DNA of 64,000 bases from Octopus sinensis (Eukaryota): NCBI RefSeq assembly GCF_006345805.1, contig NC_043015.1:13578001-13642000 (forward strand), given 5' to 3'. The notes under the pieces are model-generated. The model saw only the letters and a program-made list of their open reading frames with translations. It did not search any database and was not told the DNA's origin. The position numbers and the translations under genes were made by a program. Shown here one piece after another: positions 40,200 to 51,557 of this stretch (within the stretch, counting starts at the first letter, position 1; the number at the start of each line of letters is the position of its first letter).

Positions 40200-40720
40200 A
40201 GAAGACCTCTTCAAATTATTACCCTTCATTATCTCGGTAGTATTTTGTCTCACTCCCGCGAAGATGACATCAACCGGTTACGATTAGTCCATGAAGTCAT
40301 TAAGCACTTCCCACTCTTGTGTCTTTCTCAACCACAAACTGAGACTCAAAATAAAAGTTTTGGTATATCAAGGTGTTGTGTTCTCTACGTTGTTCCACGG
40401 CCGTGAGATTTAGGTGGCTTATCGACCTTAAATACTTTGATTTCAGAGACTTCGCCAAGCAAAAATACAATCGGTCCAGAGCGCCGAATGGGATGAATAT
40501 AATACAAAGATGTCGGAAAAGAACAAAATCTATGGAAGAAAAAAATCAACTTCTTTGATACCTTCGGAAACATGTAAAAGTAAAGATCCCCTTCGATTAC
40601 GAATAACCATCGGATTACACGTAGAAAGTGCCCCTTCCAAGGTACAAATCCAGGGAAGGTTGTTTATGGAAGACCAACAGTCGCCCATGTATACCAGTAA
40701 TATGTAAAGAGGATGTCAGA
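40200..40720 (+). pseudogene. Old RTE-BovB-type reverse transcriptase C-terminal remnant
   Basis: HYLGSILSH and NHKLRLKIKVLVYQGVVFSTLFHGREI* match YLGS..S and NH.LRL.TK..VY.AVV.STLLYG.ETW. Confidence 0.65.
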
Positions 40721-40806
40721 TACAGGAATATCTTAACAGGTTTTGTACTCGGAACTTATTGAAGATAATTACTCAAATGACGATCACCCTGAAACACTTT
40801 CGTGAC

Positions 40807-40936
40807 GAATAGCGTAGCTACAGTGTGTGCCGCCCAGAGTAGCCCTTTATTTGGCTGCTCCTCCCCGCACCCCCATACATGCTTATCCAGGAGACCCAAA
40901 AGTGCAGCTCAATCTCCTCCTCTAGCTACGCTACTG
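40807..40936. mobile_element. 130-bp hAT-type MITE
   Basis: TIR tagcgtagcta / tagctacgcta; 8-bp TSD ttcgtgac / tttgtgac. Confidence 0.75.
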
Positions 40937-41698
40937 TTTGTGACTTTGTAGAGACCGTGCAGTTGTTCACCATCCGAACTAACAACTGGGAAAAGAAGGC
41001 AAATATATTTATCATTAGTATTCCCTGGAGTTAAACATACAGAAAAGGAGCTGTTGCTGCAAATAGTCAGTTTTTCTCCTTCAACTTATATCAATAAGCT
41101 GGCTGAGAAAAATTACCCATCTTCGCTGTTTCAGGACCGACTTTGTGTCCAACGAATTAGTTCAAAAATGGAAACCTTGAAAAACCACGTCGACAAATAT
41201 ATATACAGAGTATTCTCCCTTAGTATGTGGGCCTGCATGATTTCTTGAAGAGTTATTTCCCTTTGACTACAAAAAACAAAAAAACAGTTGAAATGCCCGA
41301 GTTAAAAACTGGGGGAATTAACGGTAACATTACATTTATCTAACTTTAAGTAAATTATTGAAAAACACTCAGCGAACTTTCAGAATAAGTTCACTTAGTA
41401 GATATCTTCTTACTTTTTTAAAAAAGGTTTTTTTTTTTTTTATCAGATACCCAAATTTTAAACTTTACAGTTTCAGTTCTGTAAAAAGTTGTACACAAAT
41501 TCAATCCCCCAAATCCTTGTTAAATGTAATTTTACTCTAATCTGAAACTGTCCTCCTAATTGCTAACACCAACCCCCAACTTTAATTGCAAAGCCTTAGC
41601 CCTTAACTTAGACTCTAACTTGAAAACCTAACCCTAATCTTATTTCTGTTACCTACATACTGACCCCAACCTCAAGCCCAACGTGAGTTTATTTAAAT

Positions 41699-42082
41699 CA
41701 AGGGTTCTCGACCATTTTTTACCTACGAGCCGCTTTGATTACTATTCTATTCTGGTGGACCCCATAGCTGTTCAATATTTAAACACTAGTTTTATAGAAA
41801 TTTCTTTCAAATTTCCTATTCTGTTTTTCACACATTAACTTGTGTAGGTTGTGCTATGTAAAATGTTAGATAAAGAATCCAAACTGCTTCTTGCAATATA
41901 TACCAGTACATACATCTAAAGCAAAAATTTTTCAGAGACCCTTAAAATGCTATTGTGGATCCCCAGTTTACTATTTTGCTTATGTAGACCCCTATACCCC
42001 CCATACCCCCCACACCCCTACCCACTAAAAAAATATTGTATGAATCCCCAGGGGACATATGAACCCCAATTAAGAATCACTG
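41699..42082. mobile_element. hAT/Charlie-type MITE, copy 2
   Basis: Homologous to 14613-14923; flanks atttaaat / gtttaaag. Confidence 0.8.
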
Positions 42083-42675
42083 GTTTAAAGCATGTGCTTC
42101 TAGAAAGAAATCTTAAAATGAAAAGGTTACAGACAGGTACGCACTTTAAAAGCAAGTAGGGAAAGAAAATGAAACACAACTGAAATCCTGGAGGACTTTT
42201 TATTTGTAGAATTGTAATCTCAGGTGTTTAAAACATTGACATTCAAAGATATCTTCAAAGAAATATATAAAACATATGACAGCTATGTTGTGTGTTTATC
42301 CCAAACTTGCCAAACAGTAATAAAAGGGCACTAGACATTCCAAACTTGTAGTATTGCATCAACACATCAACACGGAACATCTAATTTCCTGTGAACAATA
42401 ATTGAGTATCTGCTCTTCAATTTGAGTCTATGAGGTGGCACCCCGGGAGATGCTAGACTGTTAAGAAACTTGTTGTTATAGTTTAGTTTCTTTTGGGTTT
42501 AAAATATAACCTACAGACTAATGTAAAATTTCAATTCTATGTAAAGTCAATTCACATTTTTACCCCAATCAATGTAAATGTGCATGTGTGTGTGTGTGTG
42601 TAAGTGTATGTATATATATATATATATGATACAGGTAAGATGATTTTTTTTAATGCAGAATTGTCGTTAGAACTT

Positions 42676-42804
42676 CAGAGAGACTGAGTAAATTACCCTT
42701 ACAAAGTGGAAAAATTTGTCAACAAATATCCATGGTACTCGGAGTTCATGGCTGTTTATTGACAAATTTTTCCACTTTGTAAGGGTAAATTACCCAGTAT
42801 TTCT
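42676..42804. repeat. Near-perfect ~125-bp fold-back (palindromic MITE or hairpin)
   Basis: 42693-42722 is the exact reverse complement of 42759-42788; pairing continues imperfectly inward and outward. Confidence 0.9.
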
Positions 42805-42818
42805 GCTGTTATAACAGC

Positions 42819-42862
<44 letters not shown>

Positions 42863-43428
42863 TGTATTTATATTAAGGTTACCTGATACTTCTCAGGTGA
42901 CAACCTATAAAATAGTTTTGCCATGCTACACACATTTTAGAATTTATTTGTAAGCTTCTCACTTCAGTTAGTGTTTATTTCAAGACAATATCTTTTATCA
43001 AACTATGTGACCCTCTACATCAAAACAAGAGCATCTTTTACTGTGTCTGATTCACATTCCTAATAACATTTTACAAAACAGCATGTACTACTATGTCTTA
43101 TATCATTCATGTTCAACTGGTGAAGCAATGAGAACCATTTAGTCATCCTGAAATGACTGATGAGTGGCACAGTGACTTTGTCTAAAGTGAAGAAGAGCTG
43201 TGCACCATCAAGCTCACTCTCTCATCCCTCATCATCAACCCCACTCTACATAAGCAAACCCTAATGTGTTACTTAACCCAAAACTGGGATCATGACATGT
43301 GCAACTACTCTGAGTCACAGAAAACCTGAGAACAACAGTGGCTAAGAGGTGATTCTGAACTCCTTAAAAACCCTGGAATTCACAAACCATGGCCTCACTG
43401 CCGGATACAGTTTAAAGCTGGCAGTGAA

Positions 43429-43658
43429 GACGGCGAGCTGGCAGAAACGTTAGCACGCCGGGCGAAATGTTTAGCGGTATTTCGTCTGTCTTTAGGTTCT
43501 GAGTTCAAATTCCGCCTTGGTCGACTTTGCTTTTCATCCTTTCGGGGTCGATAAATAAAGTACCAGTTACGCACTGGGGTCGATGTAATCGATTTAATCC
43601 CTTTGTCTGTCCTTGTTTGTCCCCTCTGTGTTTAGCCCCTCGTGGCTAATAAAGAAAT
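43429..43658 (+). mobile_element. SINE family B, full length, CpG-retaining
   Basis: gacggcgagctggcagaaacgttagcacgccgggcg... Confidence 0.92.
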
Positions 43659-43781
43659 ATATTTAGACACACAACTCTGAAGAATCACATACCTGGTATC
43701 TAAGTTAAAATTCTACATCTTCATTCTACTACCCCTACTACTCTCAGTTATGTTCCTCTGGTGAGATACTATAACTAAAAA

Positions 43782-44701
43782 CAGGCTGTCCCAGAATTAA
43801 CTATCTATTTCAGTGAGATTGGACGATTTTTTTTTTTAAACTCACTTTTATTTATGTTTATCATTTTTAATATGTGTTAAAAGTGTATAAAATTTTAATT
43901 TTGTTTATAATTTTATAATTTTTTTTCTTTTTGATAATTTTATTTTCATTCCTGTTGGATCCCACTTATTCTGTCCACAACAGCTTTTTTTTTAATTTGG
44001 CTGCAATAATTTCCTCTACTTCCATCCCCAGGATGGAGCAATAGTTTTGCTGAACTTAAAAAGAATGCATTCAATTAGCAGTACCGGAGATAATTCTTGA
44101 AATGCTTCAAAATGTGTTTCACACCCCTGAGGATAGATCTGAAATTTGCAGGGATACAGACGGAGCACATGTTGAAAACTTTTGATCAGCTTTGACATAA
44201 GATTTCTAAATCTATTTGTTTTGGTATCATAATTAAGTAATAATAAATCTCTGAACGAGATGTAAACAGTAACTGCACGACAATGTAAGGTATACTAGCC
44301 ATCTCAATATTGCTTGCATACAGTTTTTCGAAATCAGTGATGAAAGGTTACTGGAAAAACGATATATAAGGATTTGCAAACAGACTCCCTTCATCGAAAA
44401 CCGGTGATTGCCGTACGCCGAAGACAGGCAAATACCTAGAAACTGCAGTCCGTGCGTATCACTTAGGTTGACGAGAGAGGGATGACCTCCCTTTGCAAAT
44501 ACCATAAGGGCACAGAAAGTGTGCCTAAAGCCAGCTGGAGACAATGATCTACTGGGGCTACAAGCTACAGTAACACCCACCCTTAGTGGTTAGCCATATT
44601 GAGATGGCTAGTATACCTTACATAATTAAGTAATAAACATCAATTTTTTTTAAAACTTGCCCAATTTCATTGAAATAGATAATTAATTCTGGGACACCTT
44701 G
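43782..44701. mobile_element. Tc1/mariner deletion derivative with ~45-bp TIRs
   Basis: caggctgtcccagaattaactatctatttcagtgagattgg versus ccaatttcattgaaatagataattaattctgggacaccttg|ta; weak transposase-like remnant at 44016-44198 (-). Confidence 0.75.
44283..44623. mobile_element. 341-bp element with perfect 28-bp TIRs nested in the mariner derivative
   Basis: atgtaaggtatactagccatctcaatat (44283-44310) is the exact reverse complement of 44596-44623. Confidence 0.85.
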
Positions 44702-44862
44702 TATTATAAGGAAAATTTTGTAAAATTCTTGAAGCACGTGTCCATGGCTTTAAGCTAAGAATCATCACCTGAGAAAAGAACAACAACATCATCAATAATA
44801 AATAACAGCAGTAGTTATATATAAGCCTTCCTTTAAGGCATTCAAGTTTCAACAATACACAT

Positions 44863-45297
44863 AGGCGCAGGCGTGGTTGTGTGGTAAGAAGCCTGCTTCC
44901 CAACCACACGGTTAAGGTTCAGTCCCACTGCAAGGCACCTTGGGCAAGTGTCTTCTGCTATAGCCTCAGGCTTATCAAAGCCTTGTGAGTGGATTTGGTA
45001 GATAGGAACTGATAGAAGTCTGTCATATGTGTGTGTGTGTGTGCATGTATATGTATATGTATATATTTATGTGTGTGTTTGTGTGTGTCCCCCACTACCA
45101 CCACTATTGCTTGATAACCTATGGTGGTGTGTTTATATCCCTGTAACTTAGCAGTTTGGCAAAAGAGTCCAACAGAATAAGTAATAGGCTTGCAAAGAAT
45201 AAGTCCTGGGGTTGATTTCTTCAACTAAAAACCCTTTAAGGAGGTGCTCCAGCATGGGCACTGTCATATGACTGAAACAAATAGAAGAATAAAATAA
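44863..45297 (+). mobile_element. SINE family A, full length
   Basis: Head ggcgcaggcgtggttgtgtggtaagaag; typical tail. Confidence 0.9.
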
Positions 45298-45452
45298 AAA
45301 GAATATATTCACCATTAATTACAATAAACTTGTGCCTTTCATAACAGTCTTTTTTCTTGTAAGATATATCTCCAAATATAAAGTAAATCATTTTATCAGC
45401 TTTATAAAGGAGAAGAATTCTAGAAATATTTTCCTCATTGAACTTACCTGTA

Positions 45453-45690
45453 AACACACACACACACACACACACACACATGTGCCTGCACAGGTGTGTG
45501 CAACACACACACAAACACACACATGTACGCACACACACACACACTCACACACACACACAAACACACACATGTACGCACACACACACACACATGTGCCTGC
45601 ACAGGTGTGTGCAACACACACACAAACACACACATGTACGCACACACACACACACATGTGCCTGCACAGGTGTGTGCAACACACACACAA
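45453..45690. repeat. Tandem repeat of catgtgcctgcacaggtgtgtgcaac x3 in a (CA)n matrix
   Basis: Direct reading; units start near 45479, 45590 and 45656. Confidence 0.95.
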
Positions 45691-45837
45691 ACAAACAATA
45701 AATGGAAACATTTTTATCACTGTAAATCAATGAAAAAGCTATAAAGAAAATAATCTGACAAGTTCTGATTAGAAAAACATTTTTACTTTCTCAACAGAAT
45801 TGGTTTTAGTTTTGAAACTTAGGCATGTATCACATAC

Positions 45838-45843
45838 TTTATT
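45838..45843 (-). terminator. Candidate polyadenylation signal (AATAAA) of the minus-strand gene; alternative at 46016-46021
   Basis: Hexamer match 0.7-0.9 kb past the stop in AT-rich sequence; weak on its own. Confidence 0.3.
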
Positions 45844-46742
45844 ACATATTAGTGTTCAGTACCATTAACCAGTTCTCAACTAATTACAAAGATCACATTC
45901 CATAAAGCCAAATATTGTAAACTATTTACATTTCATGTGGTGTATTCATGTAACTCTAAAGCCTACATTCCAGAAGGCAGGTCTTTAATACTTTCTTTTG
46001 TATTATTGCAGTGTTTTATTCATTTGTCTATGAATGATACCAGCTGTTGCATTGGCGCCATGTTATGCAATACATGCTCAGCTGTTACCATATTATAATA
46101 GAGGCTGCAATTAAAACAGATGTGGAGATAAAGAATATGTTTTAAAAATGCTGTTTGCCTAATCTTGGCCAAATATTGTTCTGTTTTACAAGTAATGTTG
46201 AAATTATTTAGTTCTATTGGATTTCCAGATTACTTGCAGATCCTGCTGGAATTACAACTTTGTTAAATAGAATAATCTGATTGAAGATAAAGAAGGAATA
46301 GAAAGGAGAAAAAGATAAAGTCATTTTTTTTTTTTTAATCAGAAGAGAAAGATAGAAGTTGGAGGAGAGGCAGAGGAGGTTAAATGAATATGAACTGTAA
46401 CTTAGTAGTTGGAAGGAAATGTTGAAGAGAAATAAAGGATAAGTTGAAAATAAAAATAATTTTTTTACAATTTTTCTAAATAACTCAATTTTGTTTCTGC
46501 TGTTGAATTTTGTGTTAATTTTCCTGTGTAATAGTGAATAAATGTCCATATATATTGATAGTAGTTCAATAGTATTGATGATATTTTATGAAATATGATT
46601 TTATATTGTATATTGTCTCATACAATACTTTATGTAATATCAAAATGTAATAGACATAATATCACACATTAAATCATATCTTTTTTATGATACATAATTA
46701 TATAGAAAGTACAAATAAGAGATAAATAAGGACTGAAATATC

Positions 46743-48289
46743 CTATGAATTTATAGAAGTAGACGTATAGTAGTTAGTATCTGATTTGGGCCGAAGTTTT
46801 GAAGTTAATCTCCCAACAATAGTATTATTACCATTTTTTGTTCTTTTGGGTGGTTTACTTTCAGCTTGATTTTCATTAAATCTTGATTCCAGCTCCTTTG
46901 CTGTCCACTGCGTTCCTCGGTTATTGTCGACCACCCTAGTGGTTAAAAACTTTTCATAGGAATTCTTTGTGCGCATGAAATCATCATCATCTGTAAATAT
47001 TTCCTGCTTCTTCTGATAGCGGCTTTCAGGTTTTGCAGTGGTTGGCTTTACACTCATCTTCGTATCAGCATAGCTAAAATCCCTCAAATTGTGTCTCATT
47101 ATATTACCTTTTATTTTGGGGGCAGATTTGAACATTGCTTGAGCTGTTTTGGATTTTTTGGTCGGTTCCTTTTAATTTCTGTGTTAGCTTTCTGTGATTT
47201 AGGGCTTGAAGTCTGATACTGAATATTTTTGCGCCAAGTGTAACCATTTGTATCAACAAAGTCTTCCTCATCAGAAAGATATTTACCAAAATCTTCTCCT
47301 TCATAGTTCGTAAAGAGTTGCCGAGGAGAGTTTTCCTGTGAATCTGTGTTGCCAAAATCTTCATTCTTAAAGCTGAGAGTGGCTTCATCTTCATCATAAT
47401 CAGGGTCAGGAATGTAAATTTCTTCATAATCATTATCCATTAAGTTTGAGTTTAAAAGGTTCCTTCGAGAGAGGTAATCTGGTTCAACTGTTGCTGCAAC
47501 TGTCATCCGATTATTAGTCATCAATTTAGATTCCTTATTTAGGCCATCCATATTGTTATCATAAACTTTTAGATTTATAGACTCATAGAGTGACTTGTCT
47601 GTATGTTGTATAGTAGTCTTTTGGTCACTGTTTAGAGACAGAACACCTACATTTTGAGAAATCTCCCCAATTTGATCATCATTGCTCTGTAATGAATCCA
47701 AGACATCATGATATTCTGATGTTGAGGTGTCAGAAGGCTTTTCAAATAGTGTATGAGTTTCATAAAGAGGATTATCTCTTACTTTATGATCCAATGGTTC
47801 AGGATCAAAAGGAGTGGAATTATTTGTTTGATCTGATGAGTCATTGTTTGCTTTATTGGGTATTTTTTCCAAATCAGTGGGTTCATTTCCACCCATGAGC
47901 AAAAAACCATTTGTTGCCTCCATAGTATTACAATTAATTTCCGTATAATTATCTTTGTCATTAAAAGTGGTAACTTTTATTGGGGTCTTTTTAAATGTAG
48001 ATATTTTAAAAATTGAATTGATTGGTTTAACGTTTTTTGAAGTATCTTTATTTTTTACATTTTCTGGAGAAGAACTGTTGGGTTTAAACGATTTATTTTT
48101 CCACTTGAGCATCTTGACAAATTGGTTAATCTTAACAATTGGTTCAAAGTCTTGACAATTGGTTCAAAGTCACTGCAAGTTTTAGTGTCTGCAAGTGGCA
48201 GAATAAACTTTGATGCACTCTTTCTCACTTGAAGTATTCTCGTAGTTTGTATCAACAGCAATGGTTGACTGCTGTTTGTCAACAAACTC
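46743..48289 (-). CDS. Terminal coding exon (~500 aa) of an unidentified gene; low-complexity Asn/Asp/Lys/Thr-rich tail with Tyr motifs (NYEN, NPLYET, LYESI, YEEIYIPDPDYDE); interrupted as assembled
   Basis: Strong acceptor ctttctttttgtttctttcag|GAG at 48290; 333-aa ORF 48112-47111 in frame with the exon start; 130-aa ORF to TAG 46743 joined by one missing A at 47170-47173; stops at 48164-48184. No domain recognised. Confidence 0.75.
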
Positions 48290-48359
48290 CTGAAAGAAAC
48301 AAAAAGAAAGAGTGGTTAGTTATATTTTTGAAATTTTGAATAATAAAAGAATATTTACA

Positions 48360-48387
48360 TTATCATCCTCATCATCATTAACATCAC

Positions 48388-48425
<38 letters not shown>

Positions 48426-48464
48426 TATTATTATTATTATTATTAACATTATTATTATTATTAA

Positions 48465-48524
<60 letters not shown>

Positions 48525-48565
48525 CATTATTATTATCATCATCATCATCATCATTATTATTATTG
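48360..48565. repeat. (ATT)n/(CAT)n microsatellite followed by a SINE B copy (48575-48745, +)
   Basis: Direct reading. Confidence 0.92.
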
Positions 48566-49079
48566 AGACCAAGAGCTGGCAGAATTGTTAGGAAGCCAGG
48601 CAAAATGCTTCTGTTCTTATGTTCTGAGTTCAAATTCTGCCAAGGTCAACTTTACCTTTCATCCTTTCAGAGTTGATAAATTAAGTACCAGCGAAACACT
48701 GGGGTCAATGTAATCGACTAGTCTCCTCCCACAAAATTTCATCTTGCTTACGTTCTATGACGTCCTGTACCCATATGTGCATATGTATATACATATATAT
48801 GTAAGTAAGTACATATATGTATATATGCATATATATATATTATTTATATTATATATACATATCTATATATATATATATATATAAATAATATATATATACA
48901 TACATACATGCATATATGCACAAAAACATATATATATATATCACATGATCACGTGACCGACCAGGCTATCAGATGTTGCTACACATCGCTAGTCACAATG
49001 CACTTCGCATTGTTTTAGCCTTCAAATGACACCACCCTGCTGGCTAAGTGAGCAGGCCATATATATATATATATATATT

Positions 49080-49290
49080 GTTAATCCAAACAAGAAAACA
49101 CAAAAAAACAAAAATAACACAACAACGCGAGGACGTGGAACAAATAAAGTATTATTGGACGCTCAGGAAAGAACGGAAGAAGGAGGGTTTAACGTTTCGA
49201 GCGGAGCTCTTTGTCGGAAACATAGAAGAAGGAAAGATCCTGAGAAGGGAAGACGGAGGAAAAAAAATCGACAGCGGTACTCACGAGGTC
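49080..49290 (-). mobile_element. Penelope-derived short repeat with a mutated hammerhead motif (49187-49221)
   Basis: Minus strand gttt-CCGACAA-a-GAGC-tcc-GCTC-GAAAC-GT-T-aaac. Confidence 0.55.
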
Positions 49291-49304
49291 ACATACACAT
49301 ATAT

Positions 49305-49355
<51 letters not shown>

Positions 49356-49651
49356 CATATACATATATATATATACGGAAGGTGGAATATACGAGAATTT
49401 ATGCTCCTGAACCAGTTGTTGAGTGTCCCACCCAAGAGGAATTGATGCTAGATGTGTTGAAGCAGTTGTTGTGATCAATAAATTCTTGTATATTCCATCT
49501 TCTGTCTTTCATTTGCTACATACATATATAAACATATATACACACATTTTTATATACAATGGACTTCTTTCAGTTTCCATCTAGCAAATTAATTCTCATG
49601 GCTTTGAAACCATAATGTCTATGATATATGTATATATATAATGTATATAAA

Positions 49652-51557
49652 TAACTACAGAGGTATCAAGCTGTTGGATCAGGTGATGAAGGTTACGGAG
49701 AGGGTCATAGCCCAACTAATTAGAGAGAGAGTTAGTTTAGATGAGATGCAGTTTGGGTTTGTGCCAGGGAAAAGTACTACTGATGCTATATTCCTGGTAA
49801 GGCAGCTGCAGGAGAAATACCTAGCCAAAGATAAGCCCCTGTACCTGGCTTTTGTTGACATGGAGAAAGCCTTTGACAGGGTCCCCCGATCCCTTATCTG
49901 GTGGGCAATGAGGAAACTAGGGATAGATGATGGTTAGTGAGAGCTTGCGGGCCATGTATAGGGACGCTGCTAGTAGGGTGAGGGTTGGAAACAAGTACAG
50001 TGAAGAATTCCGGGTAGAGGTAGGGTGTCCACAAGGCTCAGTACTCAGCCCCCTCCTATTTATCATAGTCTTCCAGGCAATAACGGAGAATTCAAGACAG
50101 GATGCCCTTGGGAGCTCCTCTATGCTGATGACCTTGCTCTAATTGCTGAGTCACTATCAGAACTGGAGGAAAGTTTCAGGTGTGGAAACAAGGATTAGAA
50201 TCGAGGGCCTCAGTCAACTAGCTAAAACACAAGTCGTAATCAGTAGGAAGGTAGACAAATCACAAAACGCCTTCAGGTGATGGCCCTGCTCGATCTGTAG
50301 AAAAGGTGTAGGTAGAAACTCTATAAGATGCACCAAGTGTTAAGCTATGGACACATAAGAGGTGCAGCAATGTCAAAGGAAGGCTAACTAGGAAGATGGT
50401 TTTTTGTATGTGGCAGATGCTCAGGAACAATAAACACTGAAAATGCTCTGAGACCAACTTCCGTCACTTTCCAGGGAGAAAAACTAGAAATAGTTGATAG
50501 TTTCCGTTACCTAGGGACCAAGTCAGCAGCGGGGGCGGGGTGTGCTGAAAGTGTAACTGCTAGAGTAAGATAGCTTGGGCAAAGTTCAGAGAGCTCTTAC
50601 CTCTGCTGGTGACAAGGCCTCTCGCACAGAGTGAAAGGCAGACTGTATGATGCGTGTGTACGAACAGCCATGCTACATGGCAGTGAAACATGGGCCATGA
50701 CTGCTGAGGATATGCGTAAGCTCGCAAGAAATGAAGCCAGTATGCTCCGATGGATGTTAATGTCAGTACTCATACTCGGCAGAGTGTAAGTACCTTGAGA
50801 GAAAAGCTTGACCTAAGAAGCATCAGTTGTGGTGTGCAAGAGAGACGTTTGCGCTGGTATGGTCATGTGGCGAGAATGGATGAAGATAGTTGTGTGAAAA
50901 AGTGCCACACCCTAGCGGTTGAGGAACCTGTGAGAGGCAGACCCAGGAAAACCTGGGACGAGGTGGTGAAGCACGACCTTCGAACTTTAGGTTTCACTGA
51001 GGAAATGACTAGAGACCGAGTCCTCTGGAAGTAGCTGTGAGCGCGAGAAGACCCGGCAGGACAAGTGAGTCCATAACCCATGGCCTCTACATGGGATGGA
51101 GCCAGCCTAGTATGCATACCTTCCCTTCTTGGGACACAAAACTCTACTTGTGAAGACCTGTTGAGGCAAGTGAGGATCAGAATCGAAATCGATCATGGAA
51201 TTGCAGATGTGTTACCAGTGCCGTGGCATGTAAGAGAACCTTCCGTTTCGCGACCGTTGCCAGCACCGCCCTGTTTCGTGTCCGTTGCCAGCCTCGCCTG
51301 GCCCTCGTGCCGGTGGCACATAAAAAGCACCATCCGTTCGTGGCCGTTTGCCAGCTCTGTCTGGCTCCTGTGCGGGTGGCACGTAAAAAGCACCCACTAC
51401 ACTCACGGAGTTTTGGCGTTAGGAAGGGCATCCAGCCGTAGAACACTGCCAGATTTGACTGGGCCTGATGAAGCCTTCTGGCTTCACAGACCCAGTAGAA
51501 CCGTCCAATCCATGCTAGCATGGAAAACGGACGCTAACGATGATGATGATGATGATG
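49652..51557 (+). mobile_element. RTE-clade LINE, 5'-truncated: RT plus 3' UTR plus (GAT)n tail
   Basis: NYRGIKLL..QFGFVPGKSTTDAIF..QEKY..FVDMEKAFDRVP; QGSVLSPLLF; LLYADDL; RLRWYGHVARM; GRPRKTW; many 1-bp deletions. Confidence 0.95.

Noticed and set aside
45453-45690. Regularly repeated motif with a palindromic core resembling a CRISPR array
   Set aside because: Spacers are (CA)n variants rather than unique sequences, the context is eukaryotic, and no cas genes are present.
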